Assembly: GCA_038321985.1 (NCBI GenBank)
Contig: JBBQFN010000027.1
Location: 1-64,000, forward strand
Source: Cyanophyceae cyanobacterium
GTDB taxonomy: Bacteria > Cyanobacteriota > Cyanobacteriia > Cyanobacteriales > Laspinemataceae
DNA: 64,000 nucleotides
Direction of reading: 5' to 3'
The position numbers and the translations under genes are program-made. The stretch's first letter is position 1. Every line of letters begins with the position of its first letter. The notes beneath the pieces were generated by a model. It did no database searches, was not told the DNA's origin, and was given only the letters and a program-made list of their open reading frames with translations. This document shows positions 33,899 to 44,791 of this stretch, piece after piece.

Positions 33899-36597
33899 GT
33901 CGGGTTGCTCGGTTTTCTCAAGCCGAACAACTTCGTCCAGACCGCTTACCCAGGTTTGCACCAGCGGTTTTTGAGTCTATCGGAGTCCTGTTGCTAGTAG
34001 GAATATTTCTGGGATGGACTCCAGTTTGGCCCGTCGCCTTGACTTTATTGATAGTCGGAATTTTCCGACCTGTCTTGACAGTTCCGGTCTCCATTGTGGG
34101 AATTGCGTTAGTTTCCCTGCTAAAACTCCAACCCTGTGAGGGAATATTTCCTTATGCCTATTGTTTTGCCTTGGGGGGGGTAGCATTTTTAGGGATAGGA
34201 CTGGGGAAATTTTTGCGCCAGGTGGAATGGCAGTTAGCGCTGCAATCGATGTTACTCCAATTAGCTGAGACTCAGGCCGCAGCAACCCCGGAAACGGTTT
34301 TGACTCATACATTGAGCTTACTTTTGATCCTAGCGGATGCAGATGCAGTGATTGCCTTGCGACAACTAGATGAAGTCACCGCAGAAGCCATAGTCTGTCT
34401 GCCACCGACCGCATTACGGGACAAATTCACCTCTCCCCGGCTGTTTGCCGAGGCGATCGCCTTAAATCGCTGCTTGTATTATCCGGATTATCCCACCCAA
34501 CCGGGAGCAGTTCGGAGTTTAATCGCCGCAGGTACTCAGTCTCTGGCAGTTTTGCCCTTGCAGCCTACAGTTATGGAAGGGGCTGGGGCTATATGCGGGG
34601 GCATTTTGATTATTTGGTCTCGTCCCATCACCATCAATCCCAATCTAAAACGCTGTCTGGAATCCCTGCGCGGGGAACTGCGAATGTTGCTTCAGTTTCA
34701 AGATACAACTTTGCGACTGGAAGAGACGAAAATCCGCCTGGGGGCGATTCTTGAAACCATTCCCCAAGGGGTGATTTTTGTAGATGACAGGGGGGAACAG
34801 AGTTGGATCAATGCCAGTGCTGCTGAACACCTGGATTTGCAACCCGGAGAAATTGAACCGTTGAAAATTGCCCTAGCAATGGCGAAGTTGCGATCAAATG
34901 CGGAGAATCAGGAAGCCATCTGTACTCAAGCGGCGCAATTGTTCCAAGAACCTGCGGCGGACATTCGGGATTGGCAGTGGGTGTTTACAAAACCCGAGCG
35001 CAAAGTGTTAAGTGTATCTGTTACGGCCACTCGGATTCGCAATGTCCCGGGTAGGCTGTGGATACTAGATGATATTACCGATCGCTACTGGTTACAGCAG
35101 GCATTGCTAGACCGCAGTCAGGATTTAGCCCAAGCGAATGAAGACCTCCAAGATGCCGCCAGCCAACAGTCTTTGTTGTATCGACAACTGAGAATAGCCA
35201 ATGCGGAACTGGAAAAGTTAGCAACCACCGATGGATTAACCGAGATTGCCAATCGCCGCACATTTGACGCGGTGTTAAAAGAGGAATGGAAGCGGGGATT
35301 GCGATCGCTATCTCCCCTGTCTGTGATTTTGATTGATATTGACTTTTTTAAACGCTATAACGATACTTACGGACATCAGGCCGGGGATGAATGCCTCAAA
35401 AAAATTGCCCAGATCGTGGCCTCTGTTGTCAAACGCCAAGGTGATTTAGTTGCCCGTTATGGTGGAGAAGAATTTGTGGTCGTGTTACCCGCTACGAATA
35501 TAGCCGGAGCTCTCAAGGTGGCGGAAGAAATTCGACGGGCGGTTGAAGAAGCGAGTTTGGATCACCAGACCTCAACGGTTCGAGAAATTGTTAGTCTGAG
35601 CCAGGGGATTGCCAGTATTGTACCGCGACTGGATGGAATGCCGGGGGAACTGGTCGCCGCTGCTGATGAAGCACTCTATTGTGCCAAAAGTCGAGGTCGC
35701 GATCGCTATGTTGTATTTGATCGCAAAATGCAAGACCGTTCTATTGCCATCCTACAAGTAGAAATGGAAAAGGATTTACGCCTTGCTATTGAGCGGGAAG
35801 AATTTTGCTTGCACTACCAACCGATCGTCTCCCTAATTGATGGAGAAATTGTGGGATTTGAGGCATTAGTGCGGTGGAAACATCCTCAGCGCGGGTTGAT
35901 ATCTCCCGCCGAATTTATCCCGATCGCTGAAGAAACAGGGTTAATTACTTCAATGAGCTGGTGGATTTTCCATGCAGCGTTTTGCCAGTTGCGGGAGTGG
36001 CAATTACGATTCCCCCATCATCGCAACTTGAGCATGAGCATTAATCTTTCGGGAAAGCAGTTAGAAAAAGTCGGGTTGGTGGAGCGTCTGTATAGGATGG
36101 TGCAGGAGGTTGGGGTTGCTTCCTCCTCGATTAAGCTGGAAATTACGGAAACATCGTTAAAGGATACTCCCGGTTTAGGGGCGATTCTCAATAACCTTAA
36201 GGCGGTGGGATTTCAATTGGCGATCGATGATTTTGGTACCGGATATTCTTCCCTAAGTCGTCTGCATCAGTTTCCCATCGACACCTTAAAAATTGACCGG
36301 TCTTTTATTAATCAAATGAGCCGCAATCAAAAAGGATTAGCTATTGTAGAAGCCATCCTTCTTTTAGCACAACACATGAATATTACAACGATTTCTGAAG
36401 GCATTGAAACCATCGGCCAACTCGAACAATTACAAACCTTGAACTGTGAATTTGGACAGGGATATTTATTCTCCAAGCCTTTAGAATCTAACGCCGCATT
36501 TGCGCTTCTGACTAAAAAAGTTACCCCACCCCATTTAAATTGCATATCGGTTCCTTTTTGTCAACGCCCTCTGGATGGATTAATTGTACCCGAGTAA
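33883..36597 (+). CDS. Membrane-anchored GAF/PAS GGDEF-EAL protein
   Basis: N-terminal TM helices, RYGGEEF, FEALVRW, DDFGTGYSSL; overlaps the hydrolase gene. Confidence 0.93.
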   Translation: MFFHLSRVARFSQAEQLRPDRLPRFAPAVFESIGVLLLVGIFLGWTPVWPVALTLLIVGIFRPVLTVPVSIVGIALVSLLKLQPCEGIFPYAYCFALGGVAFLGIGLGKFLRQVEWQLALQSMLLQLAETQAAATPETVLTHTLSLLLILADADAVIALRQLDEVTAEAIVCLPPTALRDKFTSPRLFAEAIALNRCLYYPDYPTQPGAVRSLIAAGTQSLAVLPLQPTVMEGAGAICGGILIIWSRPITINPNLKRCLESLRGELRMLLQFQDTTLRLEETKIRLGAILETIPQGVIFVDDRGEQSWINASAAEHLDLQPGEIEPLKIALAMAKLRSNAENQEAICTQAAQLFQEPAADIRDWQWVFTKPERKVLSVSVTATRIRNVPGRLWILDDITDRYWLQQALLDRSQDLAQANEDLQDAASQQSLLYRQLRIANAELEKLATTDGLTEIANRRTFDAVLKEEWKRGLRSLSPLSVILIDIDFFKRYNDTYGHQAGDECLKKIAQIVASVVKRQGDLVARYGGEEFVVVLPATNIAGALKVAEEIRRAVEEASLDHQTSTVREIVSLSQGIASIVPRLDGMPGELVAAADEALYCAKSRGRDRYVVFDRKMQDRSIAILQVEMEKDLRLAIEREEFCLHYQPIVSLIDGEIVGFEALVRWKHPQRGLISPAEFIPIAEETGLITSMSWWIFHAAFCQLREWQLRFPHHRNLSMSINLSGKQLEKVGLVERLYRMVQEVGVASSSIKLEITETSLKDTPGLGAILNNLKAVGFQLAIDDFGTGYSSLSRLHQFPIDTLKIDRSFINQMSRNQKGLAIVEAILLLAQHMNITTISEGIETIGQLEQLQTLNCEFGQGYLFSKPLESNAAFALLTKKVTPPHLNCISVPFCQRPLDGLIVPE

Positions 36598-36719
36598 AAA
36601 AGAAGGGAAAACTCTAAAAAAAGAAAATAATGTGGGTAGCTTGTAGAAGGAAACACTTTGTACAATCAAGGGTGAATGGTTATATCCATACGGAACCCCT
36701 GTGGGAGAGCGAAACCTAG

Positions 36720-38867
36720 ATGAAGCCCCTCTTTTGCAGTAACGGACATGATAATTTCCCGGGAAGTCGCTTTTGCCAGTCCTGTGGCGAACCTTTAAAG
36801 GTTCTAAGTGCAGAGGGAATCTCAATAGAAGCCATTTTTGCGGGAACCATCGTGGGCGATCGCTACCGAATGGTGCGAGAACTGGGTCATGGGGGCTTTG
36901 GACGCACTTATCTAGCTGAAGATATCAATCGCTTTAACGAACGATGCGTCCTCAAAGAATTTGCCCCCAAGGTTCAAGGCACCTACGCCCAACAAAAGGC
37001 GGAGGAACTTTTCGCACGGGAAGCGGGGGTCCTCTATCAACTCCAACACCCGCAGATTCCTAAATTCCGGGAACTGTGTCGATCGCCGGTGGGGGGTCGG
37101 AGTCGGTTATTTTTGGTCCAAGACTATGTAGAGGGTCAAACCTACCGAAGTTTAGTCTCCCAACGCCGTCAACAAGGGCAGAAATTTACCGTTGCAGAAG
37201 TGACCCAATTACTGCAACAACTTTTGCCTGTCTTGGATTACATCCACTCTCGCGGGGTGATTCATCGGGATATCTCCCCAGATAATCTTATTTTCAGAGA
37301 TTCCGACCAATTGCCGGTTTTAATTGATTTTGGTGGGGTGAAGCAAGTCGCCGCCCAGGTGGAGTCCCAAGTGATGGCACCGCCAGTGATTAGTTCTCCG
37401 ATGCCAGTGGCAACCCGGCTGGGCAAGGTGGGATATGCACCGGAAGAACAGATGATGCTGGGCCAAGTGTATCCTCACAGCGATTTCTATGCCCTTGGGG
37501 TGACGGTTTTGGTCTTGTTAACCGGGGAGGAACCCCAGCCATTTTTTGATCCCCAGGGGTTGAGTTGGGGGAAAGATGGACTTGGAGAGATTCCAGAGGG
37601 TTTGGAATGGGTTTTGAAAAAAATGTTGGTCCGTCGGGTGGGCGATCGCTTTCAAAGCGCAACTCAGGTATTGCAGGCGATCGCGGCAGTCCAATCCACC
37701 GGGACCCGAGGCCCTCAGTCTCAACCCCCGGCACCCCCTCCCCTGGAAAATCAGGTCCAACCCGAGACCCTGTTTCCAACGGAACTGCCCCCAGAGAGCA
37801 TTTCAGTACCCGGATCCGTGAGGTCGGGGCCTTTATCCCCCTCCCCCGCAACAATGGCGGAGATACCGGGAAGTGCTGCGGTTACCGGAATTCCGCCATC
37901 TCGACTGAGGCGACTACCCTGGTGGGCGAGTCTGTCATTGGTGATAATGCTGGTTGCAGCTGCCGGAGGTGCGGGTTGGTGGGGCGGCAAACAGTGGGTT
38001 AAATATCATCCCACGCCATCTTCGGGCTCTACCCAGAAACCGGATTTATTTGAAGATGTTGATCCGGAGTTGGCGGAATTTGCTTCCCGTTATTCCCCGG
38101 AAGAATTGGCGCGTAAAGAAGCGTTGCGCGATCGCCGAGAACAACTGGGGATTTCCTATGAGTTTTACGTCAATCTGGTGAATGAAGCATTTTATGAACG
38201 ATACCCCACCCAACGAGGGATTCTTCTAAGTTACGACCCCTTAGATGAAAAGTGGCGATCGCGCTGGGATGAATTAGCAACTGAACTGCTAGATTATCTC
38301 GCCACGTTAAGTGACCAAGCGCGGCGCGGTTTGGGGACCTATGACCACCAACAGCGCGATCGGGCATCAATGGCTGTTAATCGCTTGCAACTGAGTAGCC
38401 GTTCTCTCTATGATTTAGCGGATGCTCAATTTTTCTATCAGTTTCCTGAACAGAAAGGGATGGATTTTATTAACCAACCCGTCGGCCAAATCTGGCAGGC
38501 GATCGTTGCGGATCAACTCACTGCTTTAGAACAGGGGGAAACTCTCCAAACCATTCAATTTTCCCGCGGTCAATTTCGACATCAAGTCAGTGGCATACTC
38601 GCTCCTGGCAAGGGAAAAGCCTATACTGCGCATCTATCTAAAGGCCAAATTCTCCGCTTGTCTTTATACGCCCAGCAAGGCATCCGCATTTCCCTTTATC
38701 CTCCTAATAGCACCACAACAGATTCACTCTTGGAAGATTCTTCGGAACAATCGTGGAGTGGAATTTTACCTGAATCGGGTCACTACGAAATTATTATAGT
38801 ATCCGATGGTAAGGAGTCAGTTTCTTATCAGCTTAATCTCGCCGCCGATCGCGTAACTTCGGAGTAA
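36720..38867 (+). CDS. Hanks-type Ser/Thr protein kinase with TM helix and extracytoplasmic domain
   Basis: LGHGGFG, HRDISPDN, IDFG, GYAPEEQ; N-terminal zinc ribbon. Confidence 0.95.
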   Translation: MKPLFCSNGHDNFPGSRFCQSCGEPLKVLSAEGISIEAIFAGTIVGDRYRMVRELGHGGFGRTYLAEDINRFNERCVLKEFAPKVQGTYAQQKAEELFAREAGVLYQLQHPQIPKFRELCRSPVGGRSRLFLVQDYVEGQTYRSLVSQRRQQGQKFTVAEVTQLLQQLLPVLDYIHSRGVIHRDISPDNLIFRDSDQLPVLIDFGGVKQVAAQVESQVMAPPVISSPMPVATRLGKVGYAPEEQMMLGQVYPHSDFYALGVTVLVLLTGEEPQPFFDPQGLSWGKDGLGEIPEGLEWVLKKMLVRRVGDRFQSATQVLQAIAAVQSTGTRGPQSQPPAPPPLENQVQPETLFPTELPPESISVPGSVRSGPLSPSPATMAEIPGSAAVTGIPPSRLRRLPWWASLSLVIMLVAAAGGAGWWGGKQWVKYHPTPSSGSTQKPDLFEDVDPELAEFASRYSPEELARKEALRDRREQLGISYEFYVNLVNEAFYERYPTQRGILLSYDPLDEKWRSRWDELATELLDYLATLSDQARRGLGTYDHQQRDRASMAVNRLQLSSRSLYDLADAQFFYQFPEQKGMDFINQPVGQIWQAIVADQLTALEQGETLQTIQFSRGQFRHQVSGILAPGKGKAYTAHLSKGQILRLSLYAQQGIRISLYPPNSTTTDSLLEDSSEQSWSGILPESGHYEIIIVSDGKESVSYQLNLAADRVTSE

Positions 38868-39015
38868 TATAGCGTTCGGGCGATCGCCGACACTGGCCTA
38901 ACCCCCTACCTCTCCCCGGCCCTCTCCTAAGAGCAGAGGGAGGGATGCCGTCCCTACCAACGGAGTTGTTAGACGATTTTCAAGGGTTGCAGAAATCGCC
39001 TGGGGTGAGCTATGT

Positions 39016-41898
39016 TTATTCTTCCTCCCCAAGCGCACCGATCGCGTCGTCAAACTTGTTGATGATATCAAGTAATTTTGAGACCACTCGCGCAAATACT
39101 TTTTTACGCTCTAATAATTTTGGTTTTTCATTGCAAGCACTCAGCACGGTTTCTCTGAGTGGCTCTTTTCCAGAGAAGTGATAATCAGCAATCATTTGAT
39201 TAACCACGTCGATTTTTAAATTTTCTGTCTGACAAAATTCCTCAATTGCGGTTATCCGTTCTTGAGTCCAGAAGTCCTGAAAGACCCCTTCGATTTTTTC
39301 TTCTGGGTCAAGGGTGGGTAATCGCTCCTCGATAAATTTCTCCAGTAAATCCCGTTTGCTGCGTAATTGAGCTTCTTTGCCAATCAGTTCCAGGATAGAG
39401 GCTTTCTGGCTCTGGTACTCTTCTGACGTGACATCGGTTTGCCGATCGCGCTGGAGTTTACCCAGGAGATTGAGGATATAGGAAACATTGATTTCATCTC
39501 TCTGGATCAGTTCCAATTCAAAATCGACTTCCTCCACCAAAGATTCTTTTTCTTCATCGGGTTTTGAGCGCGTTCTGTCATAGATATCCAGATACTTGCT
39601 CTTATAATCTTCAAAAGTTTGTTCATCTAAGTTTAAATCAGAAAAACTAAACTCAGTGAATGATTTACTCACATTTAACAAACGGATGAGATTCCGAAAA
39701 GCCTTGACAAACCCTACTTGTTGATCTTCACTAATTAATTTATTGACATCATTGGGAATGGTGGCGATCGCCCTCAGTTCTTGAACCCCTTGGTTAAATT
39801 TTTCCACCTGATATTCATAGGGTTGAATAAAAATTTCTTCCTTGGCGTTTTCATCGGAGAAAAGCATAACGGCTTCGTCTGTATTCTCCTTGAGGTTGCG
39901 GAAACAAACGATATTTCCCTGGGATTTTAGTTCGCCTAATATACGATTAGTGCGGGAGTAGGCTTGAATCAGTCCGTGATATTTGAGATTTTTGTCAACG
40001 TACAGGGTATTAAGTTTTTTGACATCAAACCCCGTGAGGAACATATTAACCACCAGGAGAATATCCGCCCGTTCTGCATCTGGGGCATCTTCCCGATCGC
40101 GGTCCTTCATCCGTTTAGAAATATCTTTATAGTAGGCATAGAATGCTTGACTATCTTTCGCAGAATGTTGGGTGGTGTACATCTGGTTATAGTCCGCGAT
40201 AAATTCATTCAGCTTGTCCCGGCTATGGTGGCGGCGACTGATATCCGTGGCAATATTAAAATCCGGTTCGCCAATCAGTCCGTTGGCTTCCTCGTCTTCT
40301 TCGTTGTCAATGGGAGTAAAGATAGTGACCACGCGCAGATCGTGTAATCCCTGTTGTTTTTTGGCTTTAAATATCTCGTAATAGGTGATTAGGGTATTTA
40401 CACTGCTGACGCCGAACATAGCTGAGAACTTTTTGCCGTGGGTTTTCCGCTGATGGTTTTCAATAATCCAGTCCACAATCAGGGAAAGGCGATCGGGGTT
40501 TTCAAAAAACTCCCGATCGCCCTTTGGCTCAGTAATTATCGTGCCGTCTTTGCGTTTCAGCTTACCCCAATACTCTACGGAAAATTTAAGGACATTTTCA
40601 TCGGCGATCGCATTGGTGATCACATATCGGTGCAAGCATTCTGTAAATAAAGAGGCCGTCGATAGTTTTAAGCCATCTTTCACATAGACATTTTTCTCCG
40701 CAAAAATCGGCGTGCCGGTAAAGCCAAACAGTTGGGCATTTTGGAAAAAGCGGGTGATCTTGCGGTGGGTTTCGCCAAATTGGGAGCGGTGGCACTCGTC
40801 AAAGATAAAGATAATCCGTTGGTCTCGTAGAGGAGCCATATCCGCTTCATGGCGTTGGGAACTGATTGCGCGGTTAAGTTTTTGGATCGTGGTGACAATC
40901 AGAGAACTATCCCCGGACATTTGTGTAACGAGTTGTTGGGTATTGTCTGTGGTGTCAACGCAATCGGGGCTAAAATAGTTAAATTCTTTACTGGTTTGAT
41001 AGTCGAGGTCAGCGCGATCGACCACAAACAGCACTTTATGAACTGTGGGAAGTTGGGTGAGAATTTGGGCAGCTTTGAAGCTGGTGAGGGTCTTGCCGGA
41101 TCCGGTGGTATGCCAGATATAGCCGTTTTTGTCGGTGTTTTTGACGCGCTCAATAATGGCTTCAACGGCATAATATTGGTAGGGACGTAACACCATCAGC
41201 ACTTTATTAGATTCGTGCAGGACGATGTATTTACAGATCATTTTGGAGAGGTGGCATTTTTCCAAAAAGCGATCGGCAAAATCGTCGAGGTTGGTGATCA
41301 GGGTATTGCCTTGGTCTGCCCAATAGAAGGTTTGTTTATAGTCTTGTTTGCGGTTGTTGGCGTAGTAGCGAGTATTGACCCCGTTGGAAATCACGAAGAT
41401 TTGCACATATTGAAAGAGTCCATTGTCTGCGCCGTAGGAGTGGCGTTGGTAGCGGTTGATTTGGTTGAAGGCTTCTTTAAGTTCGAGTCCTCGGCGTTTG
41501 AGTTCAATTTGGACGAGGGGTAAGCCGTTGATCAATAAGGTTACGTCGTAGCGGTTTTTGTAACTGCCCTGGTTGGTAATCTGGTTGGTGACTTGGTATT
41601 GATTTTGGCACCAATGTTCTGTATTGAGAAATTCTAGGTAACAGGTGGTACCATCGTCGCGCCTGAGTTCCATTTTGTCGCGGAGGCGTTTGGCGCGATC
41701 GAAAACATTGCCTTTGTCGAGGTGATTGAGGATGCTTTTAAATTCGGTGTCGCTGAGGGTGATATCGTTATGTTTTTCGAGTTGGGTTTTCAGGTTGGCG
41801 GTGAGTTCGGCGGCATTGCGGATTGTGACAGGTTCATAGCCCAGTCTGGCAAGGCGTTCAATCAGGTTTTGTTCGAGTTGTGCTTCAGATTGTGGCAT
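39016..41898 (-). CDS. hsdR: Type I restriction enzyme subunit R
   Basis: RYD...QIELK nuclease motif, HTTGSGKT, DECHRS, FTGTP, QAYSRTNR. Confidence 0.97.
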   Translation of the reverse strand: MPQSEAQLEQNLIERLARLGYEPVTIRNAAELTANLKTQLEKHNDITLSDTEFKSILNHLDKGNVFDRAKRLRDKMELRRDDGTTCYLEFLNTEHWCQNQYQVTNQITNQGSYKNRYDVTLLINGLPLVQIELKRRGLELKEAFNQINRYQRHSYGADNGLFQYVQIFVISNGVNTRYYANNRKQDYKQTFYWADQGNTLITNLDDFADRFLEKCHLSKMICKYIVLHESNKVLMVLRPYQYYAVEAIIERVKNTDKNGYIWHTTGSGKTLTSFKAAQILTQLPTVHKVLFVVDRADLDYQTSKEFNYFSPDCVDTTDNTQQLVTQMSGDSSLIVTTIQKLNRAISSQRHEADMAPLRDQRIIFIFDECHRSQFGETHRKITRFFQNAQLFGFTGTPIFAEKNVYVKDGLKLSTASLFTECLHRYVITNAIADENVLKFSVEYWGKLKRKDGTIITEPKGDREFFENPDRLSLIVDWIIENHQRKTHGKKFSAMFGVSSVNTLITYYEIFKAKKQQGLHDLRVVTIFTPIDNEEDEEANGLIGEPDFNIATDISRRHHSRDKLNEFIADYNQMYTTQHSAKDSQAFYAYYKDISKRMKDRDREDAPDAERADILLVVNMFLTGFDVKKLNTLYVDKNLKYHGLIQAYSRTNRILGELKSQGNIVCFRNLKENTDEAVMLFSDENAKEEIFIQPYEYQVEKFNQGVQELRAIATIPNDVNKLISEDQQVGFVKAFRNLIRLLNVSKSFTEFSFSDLNLDEQTFEDYKSKYLDIYDRTRSKPDEEKESLVEEVDFELELIQRDEINVSYILNLLGKLQRDRQTDVTSEEYQSQKASILELIGKEAQLRSKRDLLEKFIEERLPTLDPEEKIEGVFQDFWTQERITAIEEFCQTENLKIDVVNQMIADYHFSGKEPLRETVLSACNEKPKLLERKKVFARVVSKLLDIINKFDDAIGALGEEE

Positions 41899-41904
41899 GG
41901 TGTC

Positions 41905-42597
41905 CTACTCTTCATTTAACATTGCTTGTTCATCAAGGAAATCTTGTAGACGAATTTCATAATCTTCATAGTAAAGAGCGTAAAGTGCTTTGCTATAAAG
42001 TAGTTTTCCATCTAAGGGATATTCTTCGTCGAGAAAATCATTGAATTCTGCGTTATTTTCATATTTAATCAAGTCTTCTTCCTCTTGGGCTATCCTCTCA
42101 AGCTCCCCTGCTTTTTTGGTTAAATCAATCGCAAAAAATGAACCCAAGGTATAGCGGAGTAAGCTATCCGTAATTTCCATGATTAATCTTGACAATTCAA
42201 TATCACTTTGCAGGGTCTTGGGAACTGCTCTCCCATGAGAAATATCACCTCTAGCATTTCTCAAGTTGGCAATGGTTTGAGCTAACCCAGAGCATGAACC
42301 CGTAAAAGCATCTTCATAAATATCATCATTTTCTTTCAGCAATTTGATAGCTCTTTTAAATTGATTATGAGCACGACATTCGTTATTGTCCGTGTCTAAC
42401 TTTTTAGAGTCTGCATTTTTATCTAATCTTAAAATAATAGTTTTTGAAATTCCCTGGATTAAAGATAAACAACACTCAATAGCAATATCAGGATGAGGTT
42501 CCTGGTTGCGTTCAGCCTTTTCTATAATCGGAATGTAATATTCAAAATCGGGAAATTGATCTAGATTTCGGGTGATTAGACTTTTTAAACTTTCCAT
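41905..42597 (-). CDS. Abortive-infection C-terminal-like (HEPN-like) protein
   Basis: LRNARGDISHGR motif in an all-helical, AT-rich ORF between hsdS and hsdR. Confidence 0.65.
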   Translation of the reverse strand: MESLKSLITRNLDQFPDFEYYIPIIEKAERNQEPHPDIAIECCLSLIQGISKTIILRLDKNADSKKLDTDNNECRAHNQFKRAIKLLKENDDIYEDAFTGSCSGLAQTIANLRNARGDISHGRAVPKTLQSDIELSRLIMEITDSLLRYTLGSFFAIDLTKKAGELERIAQEEEDLIKYENNAEFNDFLDEEYPLDGKLLYSKALYALYYEDYEIRLQDFLDEQAMLNEE

Positions 42598-42606
42598 AAC
42601 ACCTCA

Positions 42607-43770
42607 CTACACAAATAGTTTTTGCAGTAAGCCTTTTTTAAATTTTTCGATTTGGTCGATTTGCCGGGTGAGGGTTTCGATTTTGCGATCGATGGCGGTT
42701 AGGAAATTGGCAATTTTTTCTTGCTCTTCAGGCAAACTTGGAAAAATAATGGGCAATTTCTTTATTTGTGTCCCTGTAATCAAGGGTTGCCCCGACCCAA
42801 ATACCATTGAATTTAAACGTTTTATTTCAAGCTGTGTTCTAAGTAAATATACATTGTTTGGGCTTTTTACTTTGACGATAATCGTATTATCTGTCACTCC
42901 ATAAACTCCACTTGCATGAGAAATCTTCCCAGCATTTGCTCCAACCCTAGCTATGAGAATAGCTTCCCCTGAATAGTCTCCCATTTCTGACTTGCCAATG
43001 ATTCCAGTTGATCCATAAACAGGATAATCACCAACCTCTTTGATTGCTTTAGAACGTCCTGAAGATACGCTGTCTACAATATCCTCTAACTTTTTCTTTT
43101 CCCAAGGTGGGAAAGGGGAGCCGTCGGGTTGGGTGAAGCGGATTTGTTGGGAGAAGAGTTTTTGCATTACACCGCGTTTGTAGGTTTGCAGGTGTTCCCG
43201 TTTGCGGCGGAGTTGGTTGAGGCGCGTATCCACTGCCCCCAAAAAATTCGCGATCTTCTCTTGTTCTGCGATCGCAGGTAAGGGGATTCTGTACTGTTTT
43301 ATTAATCCGGCTGATAGGTTTTTCTGAGAACCATCATTTGATAGTAGTCTTAAATGCTCGTATTCCCCAGATAGAAAATGATAGATAAATTCTGGATTAT
43401 AATTATCGTTTAGAGTGATAGCTGCACAAGCCTGATTAGTTGTTGCCTCTATTCGCAAAATAGACACTTGCCCACGAGTTTTACCCTGTCCATACATTGC
43501 CATCAAAATTGTATTTTTCTCAAAAATCTTTGCCGAAGAATTTTCTAACCCTTTTGGCGTAATTTTTTCAGTGGTGTCAAAAATTTCAGGTTGACCAACT
43601 TCACGGGTTGTAACCCAAGGAATATCTCCACCCCAAAAGCTGGGTTCTGTTCGACTAGGAGTTCCACCCGATGATACTGAAGCAATTTCTTCAATAGTTA
43701 AAATTTTCCAATCTCCTCGAAATTCCGGAAATCTCAATCTAGGCACATTTTTCTTTAACTTCTTACCCAT
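42607..43770 (-). CDS. hsdS: Type I restriction enzyme specificity subunit S
   Basis: PRLRFPEF, two TRDs each followed by EQEKIANFL, KKGLLQKLF. Confidence 0.96.
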   Translation of the reverse strand: MGKKLKKNVPRLRFPEFRGDWKILTIEEIASVSSGGTPSRTEPSFWGGDIPWVTTREVGQPEIFDTTEKITPKGLENSSAKIFEKNTILMAMYGQGKTRGQVSILRIEATTNQACAAITLNDNYNPEFIYHFLSGEYEHLRLLSNDGSQKNLSAGLIKQYRIPLPAIAEQEKIANFLGAVDTRLNQLRRKREHLQTYKRGVMQKLFSQQIRFTQPDGSPFPPWEKKKLEDIVDSVSSGRSKAIKEVGDYPVYGSTGIIGKSEMGDYSGEAILIARVGANAGKISHASGVYGVTDNTIIVKVKSPNNVYLLRTQLEIKRLNSMVFGSGQPLITGTQIKKLPIIFPSLPEEQEKIANFLTAIDRKIETLTRQIDQIEKFKKGLLQKLFV

Positions 43771-43773
43771 TAC

Positions 43774-44781
43774 CTAATCCCTAAAATTTTTATTTATAAA
43801 ATCTGTAAATTCCTGATAAAACACTTGCCCCTTTTCTCCACTACTACTTGCAGTCACTAATAAACTTAAAACTTCTACCAAAGAACGAATCGCCGCATCA
43901 CAAATCAATTCAAAAAGCTGGCCTAAATCATCTTGGTTTTGTTGTCCGTAGGCTAACGCATTAATATAAGCATTCCGAATTTGATTATCAATCACAACAA
44001 TGGGATATCCCGCCCGAATTAACAACAAGTTCATTAATAATCTAGCGGTTCTCCCATTTCCATCCCGAAAAGGATGAATCGAAACAAAACGATAATGAGC
44101 CATCGTCGCATATTCTACGGAATGGAGTGTTAAAGCAGGATCGGAATTCAGCCAACCCACAAAATCCGCCATTAATTGAGACAGTAAATAATGGGGAGGA
44201 TAACGATAATTTATTCCTGCCGCCATCACATCTAGATTCCGATAACTCCCCGCTTCATCAGGGTTAATTTTTCTGAGAATTAAATTATGAATTTGTTTGA
44301 TTTCCCATTCATTAATTTCCGTATCTTTTTGGGCTAAATTTTCAATATAGTCGATCGCCTCCTTATGCCCGATCACTTCTAAATGTTCGTCGAGAGTCTT
44401 GCCCCCCACGGTAATGCCCTTTGTTAAAACTAACTCCGTTTCACTTTGGGTTAACGTATTCCCCTCAATCGCATTAGAATTATAAGTAAATCGAACATCA
44501 TAAAGTTTTTTGAGTTCGGCCATCATCATGGGTTCAAATGGTCTAAAGCCATCCAACCAAGTTTTTAGTTTATCTATTTGCTCTAATTTAAGCCGATAAT
44601 TAATAATTAAATAGTGACTAATTAAAGCTGTTAATGATAAGTCTTTTTGTTGACTTAACATTATAAGCTGTTGAATCAATTTCTCGTAGAGTCGAGAAGA
44701 AGACACCAACAAGCGATCGCCCCTCCCCCTAACAAAGGACTGATTGATTCTCCTTTCCATCTTTTTAAAGATCCTACCCAT
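43774..44781 (-). CDS. Fic family protein with N-terminal inhibitory motif; true start probably at or after 44661
   Basis: HPFRDGNGRTAR catalytic loop and SNAIEGN motif. Confidence 0.92.
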   Translation of the reverse strand: MGRIFKKMERRINQSFVRGRGDRLLVSSSRLYEKLIQQLIMLSQQKDLSLTALISHYLIINYRLKLEQIDKLKTWLDGFRPFEPMMMAELKKLYDVRFTYNSNAIEGNTLTQSETELVLTKGITVGGKTLDEHLEVIGHKEAIDYIENLAQKDTEINEWEIKQIHNLILRKINPDEAGSYRNLDVMAAGINYRYPPHYLLSQLMADFVGWLNSDPALTLHSVEYATMAHYRFVSIHPFRDGNGRTARLLMNLLLIRAGYPIVVIDNQIRNAYINALAYGQQNQDDLGQLFELICDAAIRSLVEVLSLLVTASSSGEKGQVFYQEFTDFINKNFRD

Positions 44782-44791
44782 GCCCTATTAC

